NCBI GenBank assembly: GCA_964106645.2
Contig: OZ067041.1
Direction: 5' to 3' (one strand)
DNA from: Podarcis pityusensis
Taxonomy: Eukaryota
DNA: 64,000 nt
Shown here one piece after another: positions 49,983 to 63,712 of the stretch. The notes under the pieces were generated by a model. That model made no database searches and was not told the DNA's origin. It saw only the letters and a list, made by a program, of their open reading frames with translations. Positions within the stretch are counted from its first letter, which is position 1. Each line of letters begins with the position of its first letter. The translations under genes and the position numbers were made by a program.

Positions 49983-52387
49983 CGTGTTTCTTCTTCTCAA
50001 TGTTTTACAGTAATTAGGAAATTCGTAGTATATTGCATCAGATGACAAGTCTGGAAACTATCTTACTGTTTTCTCCTTCTTGGGTGATGGCTGAAAATTA
50101 TAAGGGAGCAAACACATATCTGCTTAGAGTTCAGCAACTGGCAATCCCAAGGGTCTCCCTGAGATTACTTGTCCCCTCCAGGGTAACATAGCAAAGACAA
50201 AGGTGGGGCCATTGGATTTGCTAGCACCATGCTTTTTTGGGGGGAATATAGAGGAATTGGATTGGCCTACTATCCACCTACTTGCTACAGTCGGTGTGTC
50301 TATGTTGAAGTATTATTTGATTTGTCAGCTCTGCAAACTGCAGGGATAGAGGAATAGAAACATTAATATGTGCTCTTTTTGTATGCAACTTTTACAGAGA
50401 AAAGAGAAACAGATTTACTTCCATCTTGTTAAGCATGCTAGCACGGGCAAGTTCTTTTATTTTAAACATGCCTTCATCAATGAAGCGGCCATTAAAAGGA
50501 AATGCAATACATAATCTGACAGCAACAACATCTGCTCTCTATTTTTGAGGGCTATTTTTGCTTTTGGCCATTCACATTTCAGACATCAAAGACTGGAGAT
50601 CAGAAGTGCCCAAGAGCAAAACAACAACAACAAAAAACAACAAAAAAGCTCAGAAATATATATTTGTTTATTTCTGTGCTTGGAGAATCTTTTGGTGACC
50701 TTTCCTATCACCACTTGCTAGTCCCCAAGCCGGATGCTCAGCTCAGAGAGCATGTTATATAAAGGGAATGGGCATGAGCAGCCAAACTGAGCAGGATTTA
50801 ACCCTCTGCTCGAGTGACAACAGCTGATGGGTGTGGTTTGGGGATAATGGCTTTTTAGGCCAGACTGAACTCCCTGGTAAGGCAAGATTGCGCCATGGGG
50901 CAGAGGCTCTCTACTCCTGCTTTAGCAGAAAGGGCATCTTCCTGTGCAAAACACCTGATTGTTGCTAATTTGCTTAACCCACTGCAACCCCTTGTACCCC
51001 ATGCAAAGCTGCTCCTGAGGGTTGGGGGACCTTTTGCGATAGTATTAGATATGAAGCAAGGGGCTGCAGTAGGCAGGGGGAGAAGGGTAAAAATAACATC
51101 AGGTGCCCAACCCACATGAACAAGTGGAAGTGCTTTCTGACAGGCAGAAGCTGGTGGCCCAGTACTGCCAGTTCATAGTGGTGCAGCAAGACCATAGAAT
51201 TTTACGGCTGACATGGGCATGCAACTGACATTTCTCTTCTGCCTCAAAACCCTTGCCCCAGTCATTCCATTCTTTTACAAACTGTATTCCTTAGGGTAAA
51301 AAAGAAAAGAAAATTTGCCAACTCTGATAAAAAGAAAGAAATGCATTTTAAGCTCACTAAAAAAACAACAACCATGGCATCGCCATGACTGCAGAAATAA
51401 AATGCCCTTCTTACAGTGTTATAAAATGGGGTTTGCTTCCGCTGTCCTGAGTTCCTCAAGAATAAGTGGGTGAATGTCTGAAAAGGGAATGTCTAAACGC
51501 CTGCTTAGAATTTTTAATCTTTGTTGGAAGCCACCCAGAGTGGTTGGGAAGACCCAGCCAGATGGGCGGGGTATAAATAATAAATTATTATTATTATTCC
51601 CTTCACAAAAAAAATAAATAAGAAAGCAAGGATGCAGCATTGGTCAGCATCAGCCCTGGTGGGTCCCACGATGCCTTTTTTTTCATCCAGAACTCAATTC
51701 TGGCACCTGTCAGCTGGGCACCATTGCCATTATAAGAGAACAAGCGATGTGTTCATGGTGAGTTCCGGCACCTCTTTTTCTACAAAAATAGCACTGCTCG
51801 TGGCATGCAGGATTCTGACCATGGGGGGGCACTGTCCATCATCACCTGCCATTCTTTTGAGGGTCGTCTGGGAAGCCCCCCCCCCCCCCCCCCGGAGTAT
51901 AGGATCCTGAATTTTTGTCCCCAGGGTCCAGCCCCAGTTGCACAAGTGAAAAGCCACCACTGGATACAACCCTTTGTGTATGACTAGTTGTGCCATGGAT
52001 GGAGCTGCACATTCAAATAGCACATCCAATTGGAAGCACGTTTACCTGGGAGTAAGTGCCACTGAATACAGTGAGATTTCTGAATAAACATGCATGGTAC
52101 AGCTGTGTTAACCATGTTGTTTTCCTTCTGGCTTTCTTATTCCAACAGGCTTTGGGGAACTGACTGTTTTTAATGAATAAATGCTGTGTTGCATTTATTG
52201 TTAATTATCTGTATGTGTTTATTAGAGCTTTTATATACAGACAGAGTTTTAATTCTATTAATGTTTAATTGTTTTTTTAATTCAGTTTTCGCTTTATTTT
52301 TTAGCTGTTCCTATCTTACCAGTATGCCGCCTTCCCTGCCAAGGAAAAAAGGCAGGATAGAAATAAATATATAATAATGAGTAATAG

Positions 52388-52907
52388 CAATGACAAACCT
52401 AGACAGGATCTTAAAAAGCAGAGACATCACCTTGCCAACAAAGGTCCATATAGTTAAAGCTATGGTTTTCTCAATAGTGATGTATGGAAGTGAGAGCTAG
52501 ACCATAGAGAAGGCTGATCGCCGAAGAATTGATGCTTTTGAATTATGGTGCTGGAGGAGACTCTTGAGAGTCCCATGGACTGCAAGAAGATCAAACCTAT
52601 CCATTCTTAAGGAAATCAGCCCTGAGTACTCACTGGAAGGACAGATCCTGAAGCTGAGACTCCAATACTTTGGCCACCTCATGAGAAGAGAAGACTCCCT
52701 GGAAAAGACCCTGATGTTGGGAAAGATGGAGGGCACAAGGAGAAGGGGACGACAGAGGACGAGATGGTTGGATAGTCTTCTCGAAGCTACCAGCATGAGT
52801 TTGACCAAACTGAGGGAGGCAGTGGAAGGCAGGAGTGCCTGGCGTACTCTGGTCCATGGGGTCACGAAGAGTCGGACACGACTAAACGACTAAACAACAA
52901 CAACAAC
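52388..52907 (+). mobile_element. BovB (RTE) LINE, 5'-truncated 3' fragment
   Basis: RRIDAFELWCWRRLLRVPWTARRSNLSILKEISPEYSLEGQILKLRLQYFGHLMRREDSLEKTLMLGKMEG...HGVTKSRTRLND; (CAA)n tail; 12-bp TSD aatgagtaatag (52376-87, 52908-19); premature TAG at 52498-52500. Confidence 0.95.
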
Positions 52908-52915
52908 AATGAGTA

Positions 52916-52946
<31 letters not shown>

Positions 52947-53912
52947 TGTATTTAACTCTCCCAGTGAAATCAGTAGGACTTTAAAGCAATGTATGATGCA
53001 GTCTTGCAAATTAGACCTCTAATTTGACTATATATTTTTATCTAGGAAACCAGCACTTTCTAAAGCCATATCGTTCACAAGGTGTGTGTCTATCAATAAT
53101 TATCTGAATTAACAGCAGAAAATAAGAGTTATAACAGACCGTCAATGCAAGAGTTTTTAATTGAGCTTGACAAAGGAAAGCGTGCAAGTCAAAACGTTAA
53201 GTCACATTTTGATTTCACTTTTTTAAAAAAAATAAAAATGGCAATAGTAGAGATCTCACTAATCCTTGTTATCGTACAGACCGTTCTGGGTGTGTAAACC
53301 CTCTCACAGAAACATAGCTCAGGGTCCTTAACTTGCCCCACAGAAGCTTAAGCGGCTCTGCTTTTAGTGTTAGTGAAATGCTGTTATTTAGAGGTCATCT
53401 ATTTTAGAGCCGGGGAAATTCTTAAGCTACTTAAAAAAACGATCTTAGCTCTTACTGATCTTGAGACACTCCCTGATCAACCTAATCCCATGTGATTTGG
53501 GCGAGAACCCTGGAGCCGACACTCTGCCAGAAGCATGAAACTTGGATACAAAAACCCCCAAAGCAGTACAGTTCAGCATCTACTGCTAACTACTGGGTCA
53601 ATGACTCACAAAAGGAGGAGGAAGTGGAAAATGGGTTTTCTGTTGAATGAATTTCTTTAGTGGGATCTGTATCTTCTATTCTGCAGGCAGCATCTCTGGT
53701 TCAGACTACAGGCACAGCAACCATTCCAAGCAGCCACTTCCTTCAGCTTCTGCTTCTTATCTGAAGCACTTGTGACTCTGTGGGATCTTGGCTTCGGAGA
53801 GGCAAAGTCCTGTGTTCAAATCCCACCAGGGATTGGCCTTTCTACAAACTGGTCCCCAAAACAATTGAATCCCTATTTGGCTAGCTGTTAGGTGGAAACT
53901 GCATTTAAAAAA

Positions 53913-54041
53913 AAGGTAAAGGACCCCTGACAGTTAAGTCCAGTCATGAATGACTCTGGGGTTGCTGCACTCATCTCGATTTACTGGCTGAGGGAGCCGG
54001 CGTTTGTTCACAGAGTTTTTCCGGGTCATGTGGCCAGCATA
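53913..54041 (-). mobile_element. Sauria SINE 3' fragment
   Basis: aaggtaaaggacccctgacagttaagtccagtc...ccgggtcatgtggccagcat. Confidence 0.8.
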
Positions 54042-54799
54042 AGCAGCCTATTCGGATGAGCAACATAACATCAGAAAGGGGTACTCACAGATAACTGCAC
54101 CTTTGCAGCTCATTCTGTTCAAGGAAGCAGATATACTCAATATTCTTAAGTGATACATCCTTTTCTGAAGTTACGCCACTCAGGTGAGTAGCCACTGATG
54201 TAAGCTTCTTTCATAGAGTGCTCCTCTTCCATAGAAGTGTAGAGTTGGAAAGGACCAACCCCTTGCAATGCAGGAACCCTGTTCTGGGTGGGCTTGAACC
54301 ACCAACCTTCTGGTTAACAGCCCATTTTGCCATATTTCTTAATTACCTGTTTAAAATCTGCAGGAAACCCTCACATGCCACTACAGCCAACTAGTGTATG
54401 ATGATTTATGTTGTGAACTGCCCTGAGATCTATGGGTATAGGGAGGTATACAAATTTAATAACTAACTAAATAGAATAAAATCACGCCAACAGAGTCCCC
54501 AGCAAGGAATCTGGCATGTAGGAACAGACCAACACAGGTTTCCATCCAATTCCTACACAGAAGTAAATGCCTCAAACCACGCCCCCCTTCATTTCAATGG
54601 GGTTTACTTCCAGGGGTGTAAGTGTTTGTTGTTTATAGTGTCCCTAGGGTGTGTGTTGCTTTAAGAGCACAGGTCCTTGACCCTAGGAGCTTACAGTCTA
54701 AAACAAACAGCTGGAGGAAGTGAGGCAGGGGTAAACAAGAAAGCAAAGGTGCAGTTGTTTGCATACGCTCAGACTTGGTTATAGGCTGTGTTACAGTAG

Positions 54800-55820
54800 G
54801 GCGTGCATGGGAATTAGGGAGCTGAGGTCACACCCTTTGCTCTGGCACGTGCGTGGACCGGCTGCGTTGACCCACGAGATGAATGCACGCTGCTGCTTCC
54901 TTTATTCCCACTGCACCTGCTCCAAAACGGAAAACGAGTCCCGGCCCTCCGCCTTGCTGCAAACTGAAACGCTGCCCTCACTGCCCTGGGTGAGGCTTCC
55001 CTCCCCGCTTGGCTCGCCGCCTCCTCTGCCGGCAACACGAACAGCAAGAGGAACGTGGGGAGAGAATTCCTTCTCCTCCCCAAGGTTTTTATGGGGAGGT
55101 GCGCGCGCAACCCGAGGCGAAGAAGGAGCGAAACAGCAGGTTGAGGAGGAGCCAGTCGCGCGCTCAGCCACCCGGAGAAAGGGAGGCTTCTCAGCTGCGC
55201 TCCTAAATCGCTCTACCTCAGGAGCCGTTTGCCCCGGCGCTGTCCTTAAGGAGGCGCAATTCCCAACGCGGCTGGCGGTGGGAGCCGCAAATAAGCTAAA
55301 CTCTCCCACACTGGCGCGGGGGGAGAAAACAGACTGGTCTGAAAAAGCGCAGACAGAAAGGGATAAGCTCCGCGCGCCGCTCTGTTCCCTGTCCTTGAAG
55401 GGCGACGCTGTGGAACTTTGGAGACGCTTCTTTTTCCTCCCACCCCCCTCCAATGTGAACACATTTTCTACTGCAGGCTGCCCTGCTCTGGAAACCGCCC
55501 GCTCCCTTCTCTCCCACCTCGCCAAAGGCACTTTTTCCCCAGACAACTTCGGAGCGTAAGAAGAGGGAGGAGGCGCGCTCTCCTTTGATAAGAGTGGCGG
55601 GACTTTGACTCGTCTCCAGCAAGGGGAGGAGGAGGAGGAGGCGGAGGCGGCAGCGGCGAGGCCGCGCCGGGCCGGGCGGGGGTTCGACCATTCTGTGCTG
55701 GAGAAACCCGGCGTACTCCCTTCCCATGGACGGGGAGGAAGAGCGGCGGGCGAAGCGCGAGAACCGCGAGAGCAACGTCCACAGGTAGGTTGCGCCCTTG
55801 CAGAATAATGGAGAGCGCTC
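54800..55820 (+). promoter_or_regulatory. CpG island: GRTP1 promoter and 5' UTR
   Basis: Sharp rise in GC and CpG, GC boxes (gggcggg near 55674) and a (GGA/GGC)n leader; ends just after the first coding exon. Confidence 0.85.
55726..55784 (+). CDS. GRTP1: GRTP1 exon 1 coding part (59 nt, ends in phase 2)
   Basis: cccATGG start; MDGEEERRAKRENRESNVH-R; donor CAG|gtaggt. Phase fits exon 2 (AG+A = Arg, then VDPYGF). Confidence 0.8.
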
Positions 55821-57359
55821 TTGGCTTGCCCTCCTGCTTTTTGTATGTGTGCCCTTAATATTCTATATAGTAATATTCTCTCTATATATCATGCCACAAA
55901 CGTAAATATATATATATATATCTTCCTGGGTTGGTGTTAAGTGGCCCCTCAGGTGTATCTGTGATACAGCAGGAAGTTAAAAAGAAAAAAAAAAACAGCA
56001 GCAGGATTTGCTTGAGAAAGGCAACCCAGAAAACTTATTTACGTTTGGGGTAAATCGATGCTGGGAGTGCCCCATTCCCTACTGAAAGCTCTTCTTGCGT
56101 GTGGTTTTCAGCTAAAGTTTGTATTGCATGAATTCCCCTTTGGTTACTGAGTACACAGTGGGGCAGTTATTTCTGCCCTTCAGGTTTCAGTTGGCAGTGT
56201 TGGTATGGCTGTTTAATTCACTGGATAAGTTAATTAAGCTAACTACATTGCCCCCCCCCCCAATAATTAAACTTTCAAAACCCTCTTACCAAAGATCTTG
56301 ATTTGTTACTCTTTCAGGTTTTCTTATAATAAAACAAACCTTTCACTGCCAGGATTAGTCGTTTACAGCTGCCACAGTAAACACCTACTCCCTTTGGAAG
56401 GTTACATGGAAAGAATGAACTTGAAAATTTCAATCCACTTGAAAATTAATTTATTTCAGTTCTTTACACTTAGTGGCATCTTAACTTCATAAAATAGCAG
56501 ATTTAATTTTTTAAAAAATCTCTCCCCAATCCCCCCACCCATCATCCCTATTGTTATTGCCACATAGAACTTTAGGAAAATGCTTAATTTGTGAAATAAA
56601 AATTAAAACTATAATAGACTCTGTCCCGAAAGGCTGTCTAAAATACTTTAAACAAGAAGCCCTTGTTATTATAAGAAATATCAAAACAATTTGTGTACTG
56701 TAGTACTCTATAAATACAGAAATATTATAAATATGGGAGCGCAGAGGTTGGTAATCACTGGAGAATATGGAAAGGCTGAATGCTGTCTAGATGGAAGTTA
56801 TGTTTATAAATTTCCTTGTAGCTGGAAAAAAGGCTCAGTGGAATTTCTGCAGAGAGATAGAGACATCAAGGATGGGCTGACCATCATTTCCCTGTTTATC
56901 ACCTGACAGTGGCTAATGGCTATGCAAGGAAGTAACATAAGAAGAGCCGCCCTGCTGGATCAGATGAAAGATCCATAATTGTTCCACATCCTGTTCTCAA
57001 CAGTGGCCAACCAGAGGCTTATGGGGAGTCCACAAGCAGGACTTGAGTGCACCAGCACACTCTCCCCACTTGTGAATCCTAGCAACTGGGATTCAGAGTA
57101 ACACTGCCATTGCAGTATTCTTTGTCCTGGTGCATATTATCAGGCACAGCCGTTTATACAATACAGTAGCAGAGGCAGATTAAGGAGAGCGCAACCAGTT
57201 AGGCGTGGAGCCTTGGGGACGCCATAGCTGCAATTTAGAATGGAGCATGAGAGGTGCTGAATTTTTTAATTTGACACCCCAAGAGCTGCCACTGACTAAT
57301 AAAAGCTTTTCTCCTGAGCTGTACCACTTCAGATTCTATAATGATAATGATGATTTATT

Positions 57360-57672
57360 ATTTGTATGCCTCCCATGTGGCTGGGTTTCCCCAGCCACTC
57401 TGGGGGGCTTCCAACAAAGATTAAAAATACATTAAAATGTCACACATTAAAAACTTCCCTAAACAGGGCTGCCTTCGGATGTTTTCTAAATGTCAGGTAG
57501 TTGTTTATCTCTTTGACATCTGATGGGAAGGCGTTCCACAGGGCGGGCCCCACTGGGTGCCACTACCGAGAAGGCCCTCTGCCCGGTTCCCTGTAGCTTT
57601 GCTTCTCGCAGGGAGGGAACCGCCAGAAGGCCCTTGGCACTGGACCTCAATCTCCGGGCAGAACGATGGGGT
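57360..57672 (-). mobile_element. L2 3' fragment in GRTP1 intron 1
   Basis: Minus-strand LRSSAKGLLAVPSLREAKLQGTGQRAFSVVAP plus 3' UTR; same family as 3076-3890. Confidence 0.8.
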
Positions 57673-59648
57673 TCTAGTTGGAACCTCGCTTGTTTGAATG
57701 CCATCCTCCCAACAAGGCTGAAAAGACCAAATGGAATGTGGAAACATGAAGTCTTAAGTTACAAGGAAACACAGTGCGATACTTTTTTTTTTTTTAACGG
57801 TGCAGCATAGAAACATATTGTATTAGTAGTGCAGTCCAGGAAAGGCTTGCTCACCCACACTGCTGTATGTATAAATTGCGGTTGAGCAATTAGGAGGTAT
57901 TGTGGCCATCTCTTTTGGAAGTGTACTTTTTAAGAATTACATTATTATCCAAAGTCCCATGCGTGCTTTTCTGGGAGGCTTGAGAAAGTTGTGCCTTTTG
58001 CGTTTGAATGCTAAATATACAACTTGTTTGTGCTGAAGCGCTGAGCTTTCCTGAACTTTTGCAGTGATTAAATCTGCACAGTTATGCATGCTTAAGTTCA
58101 GTTGAAACCAATGGCACTTAAGCACATGTCCTGTAGCTGAACATTTCCCTTTATAAGTACATGGTAAAACTGATACAATTTATTGGAAATGTCTTAAGCG
58201 GTGATACTTTATTCTCTCGTTTGTCTGTTTTCAAGCAGCTAATAGCCAGAGGCTAAAGGGAGCAGAAAATGGATTGATTGACCTGCCTTATGTATGCATT
58301 TAGATAAGCAACCATGTAAATCAATATTGGTCCCATTATACAGAGCTTGATGAGGTTCGGAATTTAATGCAAAACACACAAGTGACCTGAAAAAGGCCTT
58401 GTCTACTCTCTGCAAGAGTGTGCTATCACTTGCCTGAGTAAACCATGACTGTAAAACTGAGGTAAAACTCTGGTCACTGAAAAGATTGTTGATTTGTAAC
58501 AAGTACTAATAAAAAGAAAAATAATCAGGATTAAAATTACAAAACATTCAATGATATTACTCTGTATAAATGGTCCATCAATGTCCTGGTTAGATAAAAA
58601 TAATTACCAGGTTATAATGTGCTTTATATACAGTGTAATCTTTACAACAGCCCTATAAGATAGGTTGAAAGTGTTACTTGGAAGGAAAAAATAAGTATGT
58701 AAAAGAATTCCCTGGATGCCAAGATCCACGTTTGGGGCAAGTACTCTTTGGTGAGAGAACTCCAGCAGACATAAAAATCACAAAATACGCAGGAAAGTAA
58801 AGTGTGAAATAGATGATTAAAATATGTCCTTCTAAGTTCCTTCCAAAGTCCCCCTCTTCCCTTAGCATAGAAAAAGTCCACAAACTTGGTAAGTTAAACT
58901 CTCCAAAGGTTAGGTTCATATGCTTTTCCACACAGCATTTAAAAAGCATAGGCAGTAAAACTTGGCTTAGTTACACTGCTGAAAGTTCCTAAATCTCTGG
59001 TATAGAAACTCAGAAGAGGCTTACTAGAGCCATGTGGTCTGATCTTGGAGCAACTAGCTCAGACCTCGCATGTTGAGCTTCTGGGGTCTACTTAGGTACA
59101 GCAGTAGGCCCAATTATCTTCCTCCCAAGGGGAGTGACCTAGCTAAGCCTGGCAGGACCACATACTCTATGGCATTAACCCTTCCATGCATTAATTAGAC
59201 TTAAGCATGTTAGTTATATGAGGCTGGTTATCCCTCAGGGTAGAACCAACTGTAACCTTCCTTAGTGTTGCCATTGTAGACTCAGCAGGGAAGATGATGG
59301 GGGCAAAAATAAATTTGCTCTTCCTCTCATTTGTTCTGGCTCCACCTACTGTTGGCCTCTTTGTCTTCTTCCCTATCAGTCCTAATTAGCATCAACCACC
59401 ACCAAAGCTAATGGGTGTTAGCTGGGTGTCTACAAAAGCAGACACATCTTCTAAACTTCTGGAAGGTTTATTGAGCCCATGTTGGCATTTCCAGTCGATA
59501 AAACATTTTTCATTCTGACATTTTAAAGTCCAGTTTTTCCTCCCTCTAAGCTGCATTTCTGGAAAAAAAAGTTTTAATTTAGGTATGTGAAGTTTATATA
59601 ACTACATAAAACTAATATGTGTGTACAATGATTTCCCTTCTGTTGCAG

Positions 59649-59801
59649 AGTGGATCCATATGGGTTTGAAAGGCCAGCAAACTTTGACTATACATCATAT
59701 GAAGATTTTTTTTTCTAGATACCTAGTGATACTCACTAGGAGGGCAATTAAATGGTCCAAGCTTTTAAAGGGTAACCGCGGTGTACCGAAAAGCTTAAAA
59801 G
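59649..59801 (+). CDS. GRTP1: GRTP1 exon 2 (153 nt as assembled; contains a +1 frameshift in a T9 run)
   Basis: tgttgcag|A GTG GAT CCA... gives VDPYGFERPANFDYTSYED, then after a frame change FFSRYLVILTRRAIKWSKLLKGNRGVPKSLK; donor G|gtaata. Matches recalled human IDPYGFERPEDFD...FFSSYLVTLTRRAIKWSRLL. Confidence 0.93.
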
Positions 59802-60020
59802 GTAATATTCCAATATGAAGCTGTTCCTTGTTTCCTTCTCCTGTATGAAATCTTGCTTGAATCTTTTCAATAGGAGTTTTTCAATAGGGGGAGGTGGACA
59901 TTGTTTTCACATTTATTGTAGTGCCAGTGTCTTACACCTACCCCACTTTAGACCTTACTTTGATTCTTTCTGAACAAACAATGTAATCTATACAAATGTA
60001 CTCTGAAGTATATTCTAGTG

Positions 60021-60156
60021 CAGGCTTCCTCAACCTTGGCCCTCCAGATGTTTTTGGCCTACAACTCCCATGATTCCTAGCTAGCAGAACCAGTAGTCAG
60101 GGATGATGGGATTTGTAGTCTCAAAACATCTGGAGGGCTGAGGTTGAGGAAGCCTG
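60021..60156. mobile_element. Palindromic hAT MITE inserted into an older short palindromic repeat (~59975-60212)
   Basis: TIR CAGGCTTCCTCAACCT; perfect 8-bp TSD ttctagtg; flanks rejoin to tactctgaagta...ttcagtagggcttactcccaggtaa. Confidence 0.9.
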
Positions 60157-61799
60157 TTCTAGTGAATTCAGTAGGGCTTACTCCCAGGTAAACAGGCATA
60201 CAAATTACAGCCCAAATGAATAGAGTTTATGGGGAAACTGCAAGGAGGGTAACCCCTGTTTTTGACAGTTGATCGCTGATTAATTGCTTTCATTTCTACG
60301 TAAATTCTGTCCTTGTAAGAAATAATCTGTTGGCTACTACGGATGTTTGGTAGGAGCAGCTACTTGTTTCAAATGCAGCACAGTGAGTTGCCATGAATAG
60401 AAACACTCTTTTTCTCTCCAGCGTTTCTGTTCCCTCACCATGTTTTAAATATGGCATGTTTGGAAATGTAGGTTTTCAAATGCGTCATTATAAAAGCAAA
60501 TGTAAATGCTGAAAGGAAGTATAGAAGCTTGTTCCTTTAAATGTACATTACTGAAGCTGAAGCAATAAAATAAAGTTTAATTAATTAATCATTCCAAATA
60601 CCTATTGATTCCAAAGTTTCTCCAAGATGAACAACAAGGCACTTCTTCTTAGTCTATGGTTGTTGTTGGTGGGTGGTGGTGGTGGTTGTTGTTGTTGCAG
60701 ATTCCCCCTGTGCTGCCTCTCATACTGTTCTAGAAGGTTCCCCAACACTTGGGGGCAGATTTTCAGGAAATACATAGGGCATTCAGCAGGAAGAGGATAT
60801 GAAAGGGCCCCATTCCTTGGAACAGGACTCTGGTCATGAAGGTGGAATCCAAGCTAATGAGATCAAACTCATTTAGTGAGTTTAGTGAGTAGGACAAAGT
60901 TTGAGGACGAAATCATGACACTGAAGCTAATTAAAATATTTTCACGTTTGCATATTCAAAGCCTTCATGGGCTGAATAGGAAAAGGGGAATTTCACAGTC
61001 AGATATGCGTAACTTATTCCTCTGTGAAGAGAACTGGGCGAGTTCATGACTCGGTGTTTGCACAACAATTGCAGCTTACTGCTGGAATGGTAACAAGTAA
61101 CTTGCAATTATACAGTTTTCCTGTACATACGAAACTGCTATAACCAGTTGGGCGAGTAAGATGCCACTGATTATTAGTGGCTGTTTATCATAATTAGGCC
61201 CAACCACTGGCTTATTGCCAAACTGGAAAGTGATTAAGCTAATCAGAGCTGGCAAAATATTTAAATATTTTCTGCGCCTGTGTCTCTTTAGGTGCTGGCT
61301 CTACACATCTTTTCTAAATTCCAGCACAATATTCTAGGCACCCCAGGTGGCATTGCCCCAGCACCGAGCTAAATTTGTGAAACTTGGCTTCCATTTAAAC
61401 TGAAAGTAAAAAAACACACCATCTCCTTAAAAGATTATTGATAAAGTTTTAATTTTGTAATCCTTAATGGGTGTAGGTAGAAGTTGGCTAAAACCCAAAA
61501 TGGAACAGTTTGAGAGGTATTTTGGGTTCTTCTGCTCTCCCCTACGTATACACACATTTTTCTTTTTTTTAAAAGCACCCTCAAAAGATAGATTATGGAG
61601 GTATACAATAGTATGTCTCCCGGCTGCAGCACCAGCTTCAAAAGCAGAGACTGCTACAATTAACAATTGTTTTAACTGTTTTAAATTTGTGTGGGTTTGT
61701 TTTTGTTGTTTGTTTTTATTGAGGGAAGTCAGATGTGTCTGGGAGGAGAGGAACTGGAGAGAACACAGGGGCCTCCAGTCACAGTGGTTCAGGGTAGGG

Positions 61800-62230
61800 G
61801 GAAGTGGGGCAGGCCAGGTAAGAGGCACACAGCACAGGCCGCTGGTGACTATGCCGTGTGCTAGCCCTTCCTCTAACCTGGGGAATTGCTGTTGTCCCTT
61901 CAGCCAGCCCTTAGGTCTATGACTTCTGTTGCTGAATGCCAGGCTGGCTCTGAGTAAGACCTCCCTCATCCCTCTTCCATGCTCTGATTATAGATGAGGA
62001 AGCTGGTCTGGTCCGTATCACTGAAACCTGGGTAAGCGAGCAGAAGGGAGTTGGTCTCACATAGCTGTGCCCACCTGGATACTCAGGGCAGCATCAGAGC
62101 AGACTTGAGGGCTGGGAAGGGGGAGTTGCTGTGGTTTATAGACATTCTCTCTCTCAACCTTGTGATGTTCAGATGAAGGACAGTATCTGAGAAAGGAATG
62201 AATGGCCTCCATAACTTAAATTTACTTTCC
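61800..62230 (+). mobile_element. Degraded L2/CR1-clade ORF2 N-terminal (APE endonuclease) fragment
   Basis: LLNAR...ITETWVSEQKGVGLT*LCPPGYSGQHQSRLEGWEGGVAVVYRHS motif series with a stop and indels. Confidence 0.7.
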
Positions 62231-63553
62231 CTCATTATAGGCCTCTGCAGGGCTGGCTCAAGGCCTTCTGGCACCTGAGGCATGCCATGGATGCTTCCCC
62301 ATCACCACAGATCCGGACCCACGCCCTGGTGGGGTGGGAGGAGCATGCCGCCTGAGGCGGGTTGTGTCACTGGTGTGTCAGCCATGCTAGGGCAGGAAGC
62401 TAGCTTAGAGGCTGTAGGGCAGACCACATGGCACACCTTTCTAGCCAATGTCCAGCTCTCTGAATTTGCCACCTGAGGCAGCTACCTCACTCTACATCAT
62501 GGTATGGCCGGCCCTGGACTCGTGGCTTTGCTGTCAACAACAACAACATTAAAGAACAATGTAACCTCAGGGTTGCATTCCCCTTCCACTGTCTACCAAA
62601 GTCATGAGGCTATATCCGATTGCAGCATCGGATTGAGCTGTGTTTTAAGCTAGCTTTACTTTTAAAATCAATAGCCATGATGGGAAAGGGTTAGCTGCAA
62701 ATGCAAGAGACATTATGGAAACAATATTCAAATACGGTGCTTTGCTTAGCCATAAATATCCACATACTGTAATATCCATACACTAAAAATGCATGAATAG
62801 ATTCTCCACCCCAATCCTTTTTTGTAGATGGGAATCTTTTGGCTATCGGAATATTGGCAGCATTTTCTGAGCCAGATTTTTAATTTATTTTAGAATTGTA
62901 GGGAGATTTTCATATTCCTGATCGACCTGATCAGTCAATCAAATCTTTATTACAGTCATAGATCAGCACAAGTAGGGTGCGGGTACAATCATTTAGAATC
63001 TGTAAAACGTTTTGGAAAGCTAAAAAGTATTAAAACAGAAGGTATACTAATCAACTTTAAAAACGATTAACCTGGAAAACCCAGGAGTGTTTGGTTGTAC
63101 TAATAGCCCACGTTGAAACAAGTGCTCCTTCCATGGCGGGTATAAATAAAGGAAGGTAGAAAAAGATGAGAATAAATAAACAAATCACCTCCTTTTTGCC
63201 CTCCTCCATGATACACACAAACTACCTCTCTCTCAGGATTTTTGTGGTCATCTGAAAAAGGCACTTGTCTGCTTTTTGTGTCTTCCTCTTGTCACTGAAG
63301 TTTCCTACCTTTCTTACTAAGGTCACACAAATGTTGGTTTCAAGCTCTTGTTTGTGGAATTGCTGGTTAATAATAATAATAATTTCATTTGTACCCCACC
63401 CATCAGTGACTGGGCTGTCCTTGCCACACTAATTACCTTGATGTCCTTTTACTTCCCTTGGAGTTTGTTTTTTTTTTTTTTTTTTTTTTTTTGTATTTTA
63501 AGTATCCAAATATAATGCTTGAAATATCAACTGGTGTGCTTTTTCTTTTGCAG

Positions 63554-63712
63554 TAAAACGCTATATCAGGAAAGGCATTCCAAATGAGCACCGTGCACTG
63601 GTTTGGATGGTGGTGAGTGGTGCTCAGTCCCACATGGAACAAAACCCTGGATACTACCAGAAATTACTTGAAGGAGACAAAAATGAGAAGCTCGTGGACA
63701 CAATTAAGACAG
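63554..63712 (+). CDS. GRTP1: GRTP1 exon 3 (159 nt, phase 1-1; start of the TBC domain)
   Basis: ttttgcag|TA...ACAG|gttagc. Translates VKRYIRKGIPNEHRALVWMVVSGAQSHMEQNPGYYQKLLEGDKNEKLVDTIKTD. The gene continues beyond the window. Confidence 0.96.

Noticed and set aside
54759-55808. Long ORFs (266, 214, 159 aa) over the CpG island
   Set aside because: Expected in GC-rich sequence; only the ATG at 55726 links in phase to GRTP1 exon 2.
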